Below, in pieces: positions 10,352-20,418 of a stretch of DNA of 64,000 bases. Within the stretch, counting starts at the first letter, position 1. Each line of letters begins with the position of its first letter. Under the pieces are notes generated by a model. It was not told where the DNA came from, ran no database searches, and saw only the letters and a program-made list of their open reading frames with translations. Position numbers and translations under genes: made by a program. The stretch is taken from assembly GCA_009835395.1 (NCBI GenBank), contig VXXM01000014.1, positions 3,091 through 67,090 on the forward strand. The letters are read 5' to 3'. Source of the DNA: Acidimicrobiia bacterium (GTDB taxonomy: Bacteria > Actinomycetota > Acidimicrobiia > Acidimicrobiales > CATQHL01).

Positions 10352-12140
10352 GGGAGTCTCCCGCCGGCAGCGCCGCCAGGATCAAGTGCTGCTCGTGATC
10401 GGACGGCGGCGGCACCTTGAGGCGGCGCAGGGCGATCCGGGCCAACTCGGCGAACGCCGGCGCAGCCGCGCTCCCGCCGTAGATGGTGGTCGTGGGTTCG
10501 TCGATCACCACGATCAGCGAGAGTTCCGGATCCGACGCCGGGAGGAATCCCACGAACGTGGCGATATAGCGGTAGTTCCCAGCCGCGTCCTCATAGCCGC
10601 CGTCGGGGTGCGGCTTGCGGGCGGTGCCGGTCTTGCCCGCCACCTCGTATCCGTCCACGGCGGCCTGCCGTCCCGTCCCGCTCTCCACGACCTCGCCCAG
10701 GATCCGGCGCATGTGGATGGCCGCCGCGGCGGACACGACCCGCCGCGGTTCGAGCACGGGTTGCGGGCTCATGGGCTCCCCGCCGGGCGCGGTCACGTCT
10801 GCCACGATCCGCGCCGGGACGTAGACGCCGTCGTTGGCGATGGTGTTGAATGCCTGCAGCAGCTGCAGTGGCGTCAACGAGACGCCCTGGCCGATGGCGA
10901 TGGTGGCCAGAGAGGTCCCCGACCAGTCCGACACGCTCGGCAACAGACCGGCGGACTCGCCGTAGAGCCCGAGCCCGCTGCGTGCCCCGAGACCGAATCG
11001 GCGCAGGTAGTTGTCGAGCTCGGCGGCGCCGAGCCGCTGTCCCCAGAGGATCGTCCCGATGTTGGATGACTCCACGACGATGTCGCGCACCGAATACTCC
11101 AGCACGGGGTGTGGCGAGTAGTCGCTGAACTGTGAATCGTGCACGACCAGGCGGTCGGGCACGGCCCTGGTCGTGGCCGGGCTGGCCAGCCCGGCGTCCA
11201 GAACGGCGGAGAAGGTGAGTCCCTTGATCGCCGATCCGGGCTCGAAGGCCCAGGTGATGGCCTTGTTCTCAGCGCCGGTGAGCACCTCCCCCGAGTCGTC
11301 GCGGGTTGCGGTGGACATGGCCAGGATCTCGCCGGTTGCCGGGCGGCCGAGGATGATCACCCCGCCGGCCGCGTCGGTCTCGCGCACCTGGGCTGCCAGG
11401 ATGCGAGCTGCCTCGAACTGGAGCATCCCGTCGATGGTGAGCCGCAGATCGGCACCGTCGACAGCGAGCACCGACTCGCTGACCCCGCCGGGCACGCTGC
11501 GGCCACCCGGATACATCTCGCGCAACTCCGAACCGTCGCTGGCGGCCAGCAGGTCGTCGTGGAGCAATTCGATGCCGGAGATGCCTGCGTGGTCGGTGCT
11601 CACCGAACCCACGATCTCCACGGCGAAGTCGCCCAGCGGGTACGTCCGGTGCAGTTCCGGAACCGTGCCCACCCCCTCCAGCCCCAACTCGTGCACGCCC
11701 GCGGCCTGCTCGGGTGGTACCTGCCGCTGCAGGTAGACGAACTGGCCCGGCACCGACATCTTCTGGGCCAGCGGCTCCACCTCGGCACCGAGGGTGGGGG
11801 CCAGGGCGCGTGCCACGGTGAGCGGGTCGCCGATCCGGGAAGGATCCGCGTAGACCGCCGACCACTCCACCGACGTCGCCAGAGGCTCACCGGAGCGGTC
11901 CAGGATGTCGCCGCGCACGCCAATCACGGCGCTCTCCTGCAAGCGGTGGTCCCTGGCCCAGGCCAGGATCTGATCGTTCTCACCGAACTGAAGCTCGAAA
12001 GTCCGCGACACGAGCCCGGCGGCCATCGCCAGCATCGCCAGCACGAGCACCGCCCGGCGGCCACCCGACCGGTAGCCCGGCGGCCCGGCGACGGCAGCCC
12101 GGCCCGTGACGTGCGAGCGGCCACGGTCGGATCTGCTCAC
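10344..12140 (-). CDS. ftsI: Class B penicillin-binding protein FtsI/PBP3
   Basis: RGDILDR dimerisation domain; SxxK (EPGSAIK), SSN and KTG motifs. Start inferred at the GTG overlapping the ftsL stop. Confidence 0.93.
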   Translation of the reverse strand: MSRSDRGRSHVTGRAAVAGPPGYRSGGRRAVLVLAMLAMAAGLVSRTFELQFGENDQILAWARDHRLQESAVIGVRGDILDRSGEPLATSVEWSAVYADPSRIGDPLTVARALAPTLGAEVEPLAQKMSVPGQFVYLQRQVPPEQAAGVHELGLEGVGTVPELHRTYPLGDFAVEIVGSVSTDHAGISGIELLHDDLLAASDGSELREMYPGGRSVPGGVSESVLAVDGADLRLTIDGMLQFEAARILAAQVRETDAAGGVIILGRPATGEILAMSTATRDDSGEVLTGAENKAITWAFEPGSAIKGLTFSAVLDAGLASPATTRAVPDRLVVHDSQFSDYSPHPVLEYSVRDIVVESSNIGTILWGQRLGAAELDNYLRRFGLGARSGLGLYGESAGLLPSVSDWSGTSLATIAIGQGVSLTPLQLLQAFNTIANDGVYVPARIVADVTAPGGEPMSPQPVLEPRRVVSAAAAIHMRRILGEVVESGTGRQAAVDGYEVAGKTGTARKPHPDGGYEDAAGNYRYIATFVGFLPASDPELSLIVVIDEPTTTIYGGSAAAPAFAELARIALRRLKVPPPSDHEQHLILAALPAGDSRD

Positions 12141-12523
12141 GGAGCCGGAGGGATGGCCGGGTCCAGGTAGTTGATCGTCTCCGGCGGCACCATCCCGAGG
12201 CGGTCCCGGGCCTCGGTGGCCAGCCGCGCCGGCGACAGCAGTTCGGCACGCCGTAGCCGCAACTCGCGGTCGAGGCTGACCGCCTCGTCGATCTGGTGGT
12301 CCAGCTGGTCGATGCGTCCCTGAGCCTGCGTGACCACGGCCTGGAGGACACCGATGGCGAACAGCCCGCCGAGCAGCACGATCACCACACGCACGACGAT
12401 GCGGCGGACCGCCTTCGACCTGGGCCGCTCTCGCTCGACGACCCGGAGCCGGGACTGCGTGCCTGCCTGTGGGGCGGCCGGACGCGGGGTGGCCGGACGC
12501 GAGGTGGATAGCGCCCTGCTCAT
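12137..12523 (-). CDS. ftsL: Cell division protein FtsL-like
   Basis: Small protein with one TM helix, a coiled coil and LSPARL...LGMVP; lies between rsmH and ftsI. Confidence 0.8.
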   Translation of the reverse strand: MSRALSTSRPATPRPAAPQAGTQSRLRVVERERPRSKAVRRIVVRVVIVLLGGLFAIGVLQAVVTQAQGRIDQLDHQIDEAVSLDRELRLRRAELLSPARLATEARDRLGMVPPETINYLDPAIPPAP

Positions 12524-13467
12524 GCCGCCGCCTGAAGCTTCTCGAAGGACCGTAAGCGGGCACTCGAGGCGCGCGGGTTGCGCCGGGTCTCCTCCGGTGC
12601 GGGTCGCGCCGGGCGCCGCGAGAGCAGTCGGATGCCGGCGACGGCGCCGCAGACGCAGGGAAGCCTCGGCGGGCAGGCACAGCCGCCGGAGGCGGCGGCC
12701 GCCAGGGTGTCCTTCACGACACGGTCCTCCCCGGAGTGGTAGCTGAGCACCACTCCCCGGCCGTCGGGCACGAGGCGGTCGATGGCCTGCGTGAGCGCAG
12801 GGGCGATCTGGGCGATCTCATCGTTGACCGCGATGCGCAGCGCCTGGAAGCTGCGCTTGGCGGGATGCCCGCCGCGCCGACGGTGGCGGGCAGGTATGGC
12901 GGCGCGCACGACCTCGGCCAGCACGACGGTGTCGGGCAGCGGGCGGCGAGCCACGATGGCCCGGGCGATCCGGTGGGCATGCGGTTCGTCGCCGTAGCGC
13001 CGCAGCAGGCTCGCCAGGCGCTCGAGGGGCCATTCGTTGACGATCTGGGAAGCGCTGAGCTCGGCATCGGGTCCCATGCGCATGTCGATCGGTCCGGCAG
13101 CCCGGTAGCTGAAGCCCCGGGCGGGGGTGTCGAGCTGCATCGAGCTGACGCCGAGGTCGAAGATCACGCCCGAGAGCGAGCAGATCCCCAACTCGGCGAG
13201 CGCCGCGCCGAGCTCCGCGTAGCGGCAGCGGAGCAGCCGGACGCTGTCGGGAAGTCGCCGGGCGGCGGCGGCAAGTGCGGCCGGATCCCGATCCAGCCCG
13301 ACGAATCTCAGATCGGGGCGATGCTCCAGGAGGGCGGCGGTGTGACCGCCTGCGCCGACCGTGGCATCCACGAGGACGCCCGGCGGGATCGGCTCCAGCA
13401 CCTCGGTGACCTCTCGGACCATGACGGAGTCGTGCCCGCCGATCCCGGGGCCCTCATGGACGGCCAC
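12520..13467 (-). CDS. rsmH: 16S rRNA m4C1402 methyltransferase
   Basis: DATVGAGGH, DRDP, DLGVSSMQLD, RGFSY, FQALRIAVNDE, SYHSGEDR, NPRASSARLR. Confidence 0.97.
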   Translation of the reverse strand: MAVHEGPGIGGHDSVMVREVTEVLEPIPPGVLVDATVGAGGHTAALLEHRPDLRFVGLDRDPAALAAAARRLPDSVRLLRCRYAELGAALAELGICSLSGVIFDLGVSSMQLDTPARGFSYRAAGPIDMRMGPDAELSASQIVNEWPLERLASLLRRYGDEPHAHRIARAIVARRPLPDTVVLAEVVRAAIPARHRRRGGHPAKRSFQALRIAVNDEIAQIAPALTQAIDRLVPDGRGVVLSYHSGEDRVVKDTLAAAASGGCACPPRLPCVCGAVAGIRLLSRRPARPAPEETRRNPRASSARLRSFEKLQAAA

Positions 13468-13485
13468 GGTGCCGTTGCACCCGCG

Positions 13486-13615
13486 GTTCGCCGCTCAGCA
13501 ATCCCCCGGCTGCCAGGACCTCGCGGCGATTGTTGCCGTCGCAAGGAAGGTGGCAAGTGGGCGGAGTAGGGATTGGCTGTCCTCCTGCCAGCCGGGGGAT
13601 TGCTGAGCGGCGAAC
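13486..13615 (-). ncRNA. Long hairpin between mraZ and rsmH, mraW-RNA-motif-like
   Basis: 33-nt inverted repeat (13486-13518 / 13583-13615, one mismatch). It encloses a small minus-strand hairpin TTGCC-ACCTTCCTTGCGAC-GGCAA with a CUUCC loop. Location matches the actinobacterial mraW RNA motif. Confidence 0.6.
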
Positions 13616-13632
13616 GAGCGCGGGCCGGTCGC

Positions 13633-14103
13633 TCACAGCCAACTGCTCTCGGACCAGGGATCCAGGCCCGCCTCATCGGCGTAGGCGCCGGCCCCACCGA
13701 CCGTCTCCAGCCAGACCTCGCTGTTCCACAACTCGATCCGCTCGCCGACGCCCGCCACGAAGACGCGCGCCTCGCTCTCGGCGGTATCGATGCTCAGCAC
13801 CTCGCGCAGCGGTTCGGGCACGACGATGCGTCCCTGCGCGTCGGGCCGAACGGGGTAGCCGTTGCCGGAGAACCAGCGGAGCAGGTTCTGCCCGGAACCC
13901 CGGGAGCGAACCTCCTCCTCGAGTCGCCGGTAGGCCGCGTCGAAAGCCTTCTGACGCCATAGCCCCAGACAGGGGCTGCCGGGAACACGACCCAGGACGC
14001 AGCGGTCCTCGGCATCCAGCCCGCCGCGGAACTCCGGCGGGAGCGAGACGCGCCACTTACCGTCGATGGAGCGCTCGTGGCTGCCGGAGAATGTTCTGTC
14101 CAT
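13633..14103 (-). CDS. mraZ: Transcriptional regulator MraZ
   Basis: FSGSHERSIDGKWRVSLPPEFR and PDAQGRIVVP repeats, GVGERIELW; first gene of the dcw cluster. Confidence 0.93.
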   Translation of the reverse strand: MDRTFSGSHERSIDGKWRVSLPPEFRGGLDAEDRCVLGRVPGSPCLGLWRQKAFDAAYRRLEEEVRSRGSGQNLLRWFSGNGYPVRPDAQGRIVVPEPLREVLSIDTAESEARVFVAGVGERIELWNSEVWLETVGGAGAYADEAGLDPWSESSWL

Positions 14104-14183
14104 GGCGTGTGGTGTCTCACCAACTCAGCGCCGTGCATCGCGCTCGGCGCGGCTGTTCTGAACGGGGTGCGGTATCGGGATTC

Positions 14184-14234
14184 AGTATAGGGACTGCTCT
14201 CCCTTGTTCACCACAATAGACCACTTCTCCCCAC
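14184..14234 (-). promoter_or_regulatory. dcw promoter with MraZ-binding direct repeats
   Basis: Minus strand reads GTGGGGAGAA GTGGTCTATT GTGGTGAACA AGGGAG (10-nt period GTGG boxes starting at 14234, 14224, 14214), followed by a TATACT -10 at 14189-14184. Confidence 0.75.
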
Positions 14235-14324
14235 TCAGCAAGGCAATCGAGCCACCGGAAGGGATCCGGCAGACCGCCCGAACACCTCGCACAGGTGGTC
14301 GAGTCCCGCCGCCGGCGCGATGCC

Positions 14325-15041
14325 CTAGTGCTCGTTCCCGCCCACCTGCAGGACACCGAGGAGGGCTTCCAGTATCCGGTGCTCAGGGAGGTCCAAACCT
14401 GCGGCACAGCCGGCCAGATCGCGCTCCAGCGCGCCGCGCCGCGCCGCCGGCAGCACGAGCAGGTCGGCCAGCGCCGCGGGATCCCATCGCAGCAGCACGC
14501 CGCACTGGAACCGCGCCCCGGCACCGGTGCGCCGCTGGGACAGGCCGATCACCTTCCGACCCGCCACGAAGACCTCGCCGGGGCCGCGTCCGGCGAAGCA
14601 GACCAGCGATCCCCACGTGCCCGGCTCGTAGCGACCCTCGTGAACCTCCGCGGCGATCCCGCTGCGGCGCAGGGCTCGCCGCCACAGCTCGCCGAGCCAA
14701 CCGAAGGAGCATCCGGTGTCGGGATGCCACAGCGGATCGCTCCGGGGCACCACCATGTCCACCCACAGCAGATCGGCTGGTGAGACGAGCACCACTCCCC
14801 CGCCCGAGCGACGCCGCAGCACCGTCAGGCCGCGCCGGCGCGCCTCCGTGGCGTCCACCGCGCCGGGGCGCTGGCCGCTACCGAGGACGACAGCGCCCCC
14901 GGCCGGCCGCATGACCCAGATCTCCCGGCACCGAACCGAACCGGCCTGGGTCCCGTGCAGACTCCGTACCGAGCCGCTGCGCTCGATGATTCTCCAGGGT
15001 TCGGGGGAACCGCCCGACGCCGCGGCCCCGCCGCGGCTCAC
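14325..15041 (-). CDS. Lipoate-protein ligase A family protein
   Basis: VVLGSGQ, LRRRSGGGVVLV, LVCFAGRGPGEV, GRKVIGLSQRR. Start inferred at the GTG overlapping the HNH gene stop. Confidence 0.8.
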   Translation of the reverse strand: MSRGGAAASGGSPEPWRIIERSGSVRSLHGTQAGSVRCREIWVMRPAGGAVVLGSGQRPGAVDATEARRRGLTVLRRRSGGGVVLVSPADLLWVDMVVPRSDPLWHPDTGCSFGWLGELWRRALRRSGIAAEVHEGRYEPGTWGSLVCFAGRGPGEVFVAGRKVIGLSQRRTGAGARFQCGVLLRWDPAALADLLVLPAARRGALERDLAGCAAGLDLPEHRILEALLGVLQVGGNEH

Positions 15042-15547
15042 GCCGACAGGGCTCTGTCGTCGTGCAGGTAGGCACCCCAGTGGTCGGGGACCTCGCCGGC
15101 GCTGAGACGGATGAGGGTGGTCCACGTCGGCGGTCGGGGTGTGCGCCGGAGCCGCATGCCGATCTCGCTGGGGAGTCGGTCACGCTTGCGCGTGTTGCAG
15201 CGCCCGCAGGCCGCCACCACGTTGTCCCAGGTGTGTCCCCCGCCGCGGCTGCGGGGCCGGACGTGGTCGATGCTGTCGGCCCGGTGGCCGCAGTACTGGC
15301 AGCTGTGATCGTCCCGTGCCAGCACGCCCCTCCGGCTCAGCGAGCCTCGCCGCAGGTACGGCACCCGGACGTAGTACTGCAGGCGAACGACCGAGGGGAT
15401 CGGGAGACTCAGGTTCTCCGACCGGAGCTCCACACCGCTGAGGTGCACGGCGTCGGCCTTCCCGTCGAGCACCAGGACGGCGGCGCGGCGACCCGGCACC
15501 ACACTCAGCGGCTCGTTCGTGGCGTTGAGCACCAGGGCCTGGGTCAT
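15038..15547 (-). CDS. HNH endonuclease (stand-alone, McrA-like)
   Basis: LVLNATNEPL N-terminus; RDDHSCQYCG, SIDHVRPRSRGG, WDNVVAACGRCN. Confidence 0.9.
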   Translation of the reverse strand: MTQALVLNATNEPLSVVPGRRAAVLVLDGKADAVHLSGVELRSENLSLPIPSVVRLQYYVRVPYLRRGSLSRRGVLARDDHSCQYCGHRADSIDHVRPRSRGGGHTWDNVVAACGRCNTRKRDRLPSEIGMRLRRTPRPPTWTTLIRLSAGEVPDHWGAYLHDDRALSA

Positions 15548-15581
15548 GGCCCAACAAGCTAGCCCCGTGGCGCGCGATGCC

Positions 15582-15842
15582 TCACCCATGCCGGGTGCGG
15601 GCCCGTCTGAAGGACCGCGCCCAACCCAGCCAGGCCAGGACCTCGGCCACCGTCGGCTGCCGCTGGGGATCGCCGTAGGCGGTCACCGAGCGGAACGTCC
15701 GGTACCGCCTCGAGGCGACGGTCGGCAACTGGCGCAGCGCCTCCGGCCAGAGGCGCGGCCGGCGAAGGACCGCGCAGCCCACCGCCAGGAACAGGCCGCC
15801 GGAGCGGTGCCGCCACCGAATGCGACTTGTCGGGCCCACCAC
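15582..15842 (-). CDS. Small hypothetical protein
   Basis: 86-aa ORF co-oriented upstream of the HNH gene (AVLRRPRLW...FRSVTAYG...VLAWLGW); fills the gap before moxR. Confidence 0.55.
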   Translation of the reverse strand: MVGPTSRIRWRHRSGGLFLAVGCAVLRRPRLWPEALRQLPTVASRRYRTFRSVTAYGDPQRQPTVAEVLAWLGWARSFRRARTRHG

Positions 15843-15935
15843 CGGCGTACCCTAATGGGGCGCACAGGTCCCGATGGCGAACGACCGCCGGGACCCTCGC
15901 GGTACCGCAGGCGAGTACACACCGGATCTGCCAGA

Positions 15936-16925
15936 GTGAGCAACGCCAACCCCGAGTCGCCATCCACCGCCCCGGCCCTCGGCGGTTTCGCGGCCACCTT
16001 CGAGGCCATCGCCGCCAACGTCGAGCGGGTCGTCAAGGGCAAGCGCAGGCTGGTCAGGCTGCTGCTTCTCTGCCTGTTCGCCGAGGGGCACGTGCTGCTG
16101 CGCGACCCGCCCGGCGCCGGCAAGACGGTGCTCGCCAAGACGGTGGCGCGCACGCTCGGGCTTGAGTTCGGCCGCGTCCAGTTCACGCCTGACCTGCTGC
16201 CCAGCGACGTCGTCGGGGTGTCGCTCTGGAATCCGGTGCGAAACGGCTTCGAGTTCAGGCCGGGGCCGGTGTTCGCCGGACTCCTGCTGGCCGACGAGAT
16301 CAACCGGACGTCGCCCCGCACCCAGTCCGCACTGCTCGAGGCGATGGCCGAGCGCCAGGTCACGGTGGATGGCACCACCCACCGTCTTGCCTCGCCCTTC
16401 CTCGTGATCGCCACGGAGAACTCCGAGGAGATCGAGGGCACCTTCCCGCTACCCACCAGCCAGGTCGACCGCTTCCTCATGAGCCTCAGCGCCGGTTTCC
16501 CGGATCGCGCCGCAGAGGCGGAGATCCTGGACTCGCATCTCGCCGGGGACCCCCTGGAGGACCTGGCCGCCGTCACCGATACAGCCTCGGTCCAGGCCAT
16601 GATCGAGGCGGCCCGAGCGGTGCACGTGGCTCCGGCGGTCCGCGACTACCTCGTTGACCTGGCCTTCAACAGCCGCGCTCACGGCGCCATCGCCGGCGGG
16701 ATGTCGCCGCGCGCCGTGCTGGGCCTGCAGCGCGTGGCGCAGGTGAGGGCAGCCGCCGCCAGCCGGAACTTCGTCCTGCCCGACGACGTGAAGGACGTCG
16801 CCCGACCGATCCTGCTCCACCGCATCACCCTGCACCAGAGCGCTCAGTTCAACGGGATGACTCCCGCGGCGGTCATCGAGGAGATCCTGACCGACACCCC
16901 CAGCCCGCCGGTCAGCGTTCGCTGA
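15936..16925 (+). CDS. MoxR family AAA+ ATPase
   Basis: GHVLL..PGAGKT, RVQFTPDLLPSD, LADEINR, TQSALLEAM. Start inferred at GTG 15936. Confidence 0.93.
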   Translation: MSNANPESPSTAPALGGFAATFEAIAANVERVVKGKRRLVRLLLLCLFAEGHVLLRDPPGAGKTVLAKTVARTLGLEFGRVQFTPDLLPSDVVGVSLWNPVRNGFEFRPGPVFAGLLLADEINRTSPRTQSALLEAMAERQVTVDGTTHRLASPFLVIATENSEEIEGTFPLPTSQVDRFLMSLSAGFPDRAAEAEILDSHLAGDPLEDLAAVTDTASVQAMIEAARAVHVAPAVRDYLVDLAFNSRAHGAIAGGMSPRAVLGLQRVAQVRAAAASRNFVLPDDVKDVARPILLHRITLHQSAQFNGMTPAAVIEEILTDTPSPPVSVR

Positions 16926-16935
16926 TCTGACCCAG

Positions 16936-18072
16936 GTGACCCGGGCCGGCGTACTGGCGCTGCTCTCCGCCCTGGTGCTCGGGGCGGCCGCCCTGCTGTT
17001 CGGGCTGCCGGAGTTGTTCCTCACCGCTGCGGTGTGCGCCGGGTTGGTGCTGCTCGCCGGCGTCGGTACATTGCTGCGTCCCCCGCTGCGGGCGGTGTGC
17101 AATCCGGCGCGGCGACGAGTCAGTTGCGGCACCCCGCTGAGAGTCCAACTCCGTCTCAGCAACACGGCCCGGCGGCGCGCCACCCCGCCCGCCGACGTCT
17201 TCGACGATGCGAGCGACCATCCGGGCCCCGTTCTGCGGCTGGGGCGCATGCGGTCGGGAGCGGTCGTCGAGGACCACTACCACCTCCCCACGCACCGGCG
17301 CGGTTGGCGTGACATCGGCCCCCTCTGGCTCGAGACGGAGGACGCCTTCGGGCTGGCGCGCCGTCGCCACCTCCTGACCCCGCGCCGCCGCGTGCTGGTC
17401 TGGCCCGAGATCGCCAACCTCGACCCCCTGGCGGAGACCATCGAGTTCGCCACCGAACGGCGCAGGCAGGCCCAACTCGTGTGGGGATCCGCCACGGACT
17501 TCCACAGCCTCCGCAGATTCGAGCCCGGTGACGATCCGCATCGGATTCATTGGCCGTCCAGCACCCGCTACCAGGAGCTGCTGGTGCGCCGATTCGAGAC
17601 CGTCCAGCGCCCGGAGACCCTGCTGTTCCTGGAGACCGACGAGGGGGCCGCCACGCCCGAGATCTTCGAGGCGATGGTCTCGGCCGCCGCCGGGCTGGCC
17701 GTGGTGGCCGCCGTCGAGTCAGGGTCGGTCCGGCTGCTGACGAGCAGCGGTGCGGAGGTACGCGCCACGGGCACCCCGACCGGCGTGCTCGACGCCTTGG
17801 CCCTCGTCGAGCAGATCCCCACCGGCAGTCGACCCACCGCGCGGCTCCCGGTCGGCGCGGCCCGGATGATCCTGCTGGCGGTCATGGGCGGCACCGTCGG
17901 CGAGTCGTCGTTGCCGCTGGATCGATTCGGCCCCCGACGGATCATCTGCAGCTTCTGGCAGGACGAGCCTCCGGCTGAGCACCGTGACGTTCTGGCCATC
18001 GGGCCCGGCGAATCGATCACCGAACGCTGGGACGAGTTCCGGATGCTGCGCAGCGGCCCGCGAACCGGATGA
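16936..18072 (+). CDS. DUF58 domain protein
   Basis: N-terminal TM helices; DAFGL, FHSLRRFEPGDDPHRIHWPSS, ELLVRRFE; follows moxR. Confidence 0.88.
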   Translation: MTRAGVLALLSALVLGAAALLFGLPELFLTAAVCAGLVLLAGVGTLLRPPLRAVCNPARRRVSCGTPLRVQLRLSNTARRRATPPADVFDDASDHPGPVLRLGRMRSGAVVEDHYHLPTHRRGWRDIGPLWLETEDAFGLARRRHLLTPRRRVLVWPEIANLDPLAETIEFATERRRQAQLVWGSATDFHSLRRFEPGDDPHRIHWPSSTRYQELLVRRFETVQRPETLLFLETDEGAATPEIFEAMVSAAAGLAVVAAVESGSVRLLTSSGAEVRATGTPTGVLDALALVEQIPTGSRPTARLPVGAARMILLAVMGGTVGESSLPLDRFGPRRIICSFWQDEPPAEHRDVLAIGPGESITERWDEFRMLRSGPRTG

Positions 18073-20372
18073 GGCGCTCGGCAAGCCCGTCGAGCCGCGC
18101 GCTGGCAGGGGAACTGCTGGCGACGGCGGTCACGCTGGCAACCCTGGCGGGAGGTGTCCGCCTCTTCGACGGCACCTCGTTCGTGGCCCCGGTGCTCGGC
18201 GCGGCCCTCCTGGCGCACCTGCTCGTGGCCCTGATGCGCCGCGCCGGCCGCGGGGTGGCGCTCAGCGCACTCGTCTCGCTGGTGAGCGTGGCGGGACTCC
18301 AGGTGTGGGTGCACTACCCCCGGACGACCACCTACGGAGTGCCGCGGCGCGCCACGTTCGAGGCGATGGGAGCGGACCTCGGCGGCATCTGGGAGTTGCT
18401 GCGATCCTCGCGGGTGCCCCTCAGCGAGGACACCGGCCTGCTCGTCGTCGCCGCCGCGGTGGCCTGGTTGCTGGCCCTGCTGAGCGACTGGGCGGCCTTC
18501 CGCGTCGGGGCCCGCGGCGAGGCGTTGGCACCGGCGGCGATCTTGCTGGCCCTCGTGGCGACCTTCGGGACCACCGACGGCACGATCCTCTACCCCACCG
18601 TCAGCGTGGCCTGCGCCGTCGCCTTCGCCCTGGCGCACGCCACGGCACGATCGGGGGCCCGACCCGTCGTCGGCGCCGCACCGAAGCGCCGGGTGCGCCT
18701 GCCTCGGGGACTCGTGGCGGGGGCACTGGCGGTCGGCGCCGGCGCACTGGTCACCACCGCGCTGCTGCCCTCACTCGACGACGGACCGCTGCGGAAGCTG
18801 CTGGACCCGTCGGCGCCTGCAACCGACGGCGGCCGGAAGGTCGTTCTCAGCCCTCTCGTGGCGGTCCCGGGCCAGCTCTTGCAGAACCCGGATCTGGAAC
18901 TCTTCGTCGTCCGGAGTACCGGGCGGTCCTACTGGCGCCTGACCGCGCTGGGAGACTTCGACGGAGCGGTCTGGTCCCTCGACGAGAGCACCGGCGCGGC
19001 CGGCGAGTCGCTGCCCACCCTCGCGGCGACCTCGGGGCCGGTGAGCGAGTTCACCCAGAGCTACAGGATCGGCGCGCTGGCCGCCGTCTGGCTGCCGGCG
19101 GCGTACCAGCCCGTGGCGTTCGAACCCCTCGGCACACCGTTCGAGGCCAGCTTCGAACCGATCTCCTCGACACTGCTCGTGGGTTCGGGCCGCGCCGACT
19201 CCGACGGCCTCTCCTACACGGTGCAGTCGGCGGTGCCGCGCTTCGAGGGTGCCTTCCTCGGGTCGCTGCGGAACGACCCCGAGGACGTACCTGCGGGCTT
19301 CGTGGATCTGCCGGCGGACTTGAACGCGTCGCTCGCCGAACTTGCCCTCCAGGTCACCGCCGGACGGGACGGGCCGTATGAGCAGGCGCTGGCGCTGCAG
19401 GACTGGCTACGGGACGGATTCGACTACGACCTCGATGTCGCGCCGGGCCATTCCAGTGACCGGCTGGAGGCATTCCTGTTCAGCGAGCGCCGGGGATACT
19501 GCGAGCAGTTCGCCGGCGCCTTCGCCACCCTGGCCAGGACCCTCGGCCTGCCGACGCGGGTGGCGGTGGGATTCACCCCGGGGGTGGCCCTCGAGACCGA
19601 CGCCACCGGCAGAACGCTCTACAGCGTGCGCGGGCAGCACGCCCATGCCTGGCCCGAGGTCTACATCAGCGGCGCCGGCTGGGTGGCGTTCGAGCCGACC
19701 CCGGGGCGCGGCGCGCCCGGAGCCGAGTCCTACACCCTGGTTCCCGAGCAGCAGGACTCACCACTGGAGTCCCCGGCTCCGGCAGTGCCCGATCCGCCCG
19801 GACCCGGGCCCGACGCCGACTCGCCGGCCCCCGCCCCTCCGGCGCCGCCGAGCGGCGGCGAGTTCGCCACCGAGGGTGGCGGCACCGGCGCGGCGCGCAT
19901 TCTGGCGCTGGCCGGGCTGGCGCTGGCCGCGGCCGCCGGCGCCGCAGGCCTCTACGCCGCCGCCACCGCCGGGCTCCGCTCACTGCAGCGCCGGCGCCGG
20001 CGCCGCTGGGCCGGCGCGGACGCCGGCCGCGGGGCGATCGTCGCCTGGGAGGAGATCCTCGACCTGCTGCGCCCGCGACGCATCAGGCCGCACCTTTCCG
20101 AGACACCGCTCGAGATGGCCCAGCGAGCCTCCCGGTTGCTCGGGTCGGCACCGGAGCCGTGGCGGCGGCTCGCCTTCTGCGTCTCGGTGGCGGCGTTCGC
20201 CGGCGGCCCGATGCCCGCCGAGCTTCAACGGCAGGTGGCTACGGCGTCCTCATCGATCAGCGCGGACCTGCGGGAGACCCGGACCGCGGCGCAGCGGCTG
20301 CGAGGCGTCGTGGACCCGCGCCCCTGGGGGGTGCTGGTAAGAGTGGTGGGCCGCGGAGGAGCGGCCCGCTAG
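18069..20372 (+). CDS. Membrane transglutaminase-like protein (TgpA/DUF3488)
   Basis: N-terminal TM helices; catalytic GYCEQFA, RVAVGF, HAWPEVY..GWVAFEPTP. Confidence 0.9.
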   Translation: MRRSASPSSRALAGELLATAVTLATLAGGVRLFDGTSFVAPVLGAALLAHLLVALMRRAGRGVALSALVSLVSVAGLQVWVHYPRTTTYGVPRRATFEAMGADLGGIWELLRSSRVPLSEDTGLLVVAAAVAWLLALLSDWAAFRVGARGEALAPAAILLALVATFGTTDGTILYPTVSVACAVAFALAHATARSGARPVVGAAPKRRVRLPRGLVAGALAVGAGALVTTALLPSLDDGPLRKLLDPSAPATDGGRKVVLSPLVAVPGQLLQNPDLELFVVRSTGRSYWRLTALGDFDGAVWSLDESTGAAGESLPTLAATSGPVSEFTQSYRIGALAAVWLPAAYQPVAFEPLGTPFEASFEPISSTLLVGSGRADSDGLSYTVQSAVPRFEGAFLGSLRNDPEDVPAGFVDLPADLNASLAELALQVTAGRDGPYEQALALQDWLRDGFDYDLDVAPGHSSDRLEAFLFSERRGYCEQFAGAFATLARTLGLPTRVAVGFTPGVALETDATGRTLYSVRGQHAHAWPEVYISGAGWVAFEPTPGRGAPGAESYTLVPEQQDSPLESPAPAVPDPPGPGPDADSPAPAPPAPPSGGEFATEGGGTGAARILALAGLALAAAAGAAGLYAAATAGLRSLQRRRRRRWAGADAGRGAIVAWEEILDLLRPRRIRPHLSETPLEMAQRASRLLGSAPEPWRRLAFCVSVAAFAGGPMPAELQRQVATASSSISADLRETRTAAQRLRGVVDPRPWGVLVRVVGRGGAAR

Positions 20373-20418
20373 CCGCTCTGCGCCGGTGCGAATCACCGGC
20401 GCGCCGGGGTGACCGCTG

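Noticed and set aside
15038-20372. HNH nuclease plus MoxR ATPase as a defence system
   Set aside because: They are divergently oriented; moxR-DUF58-transglutaminase near mraZ and this HNH family are common housekeeping neighbours in Actinomycetota.
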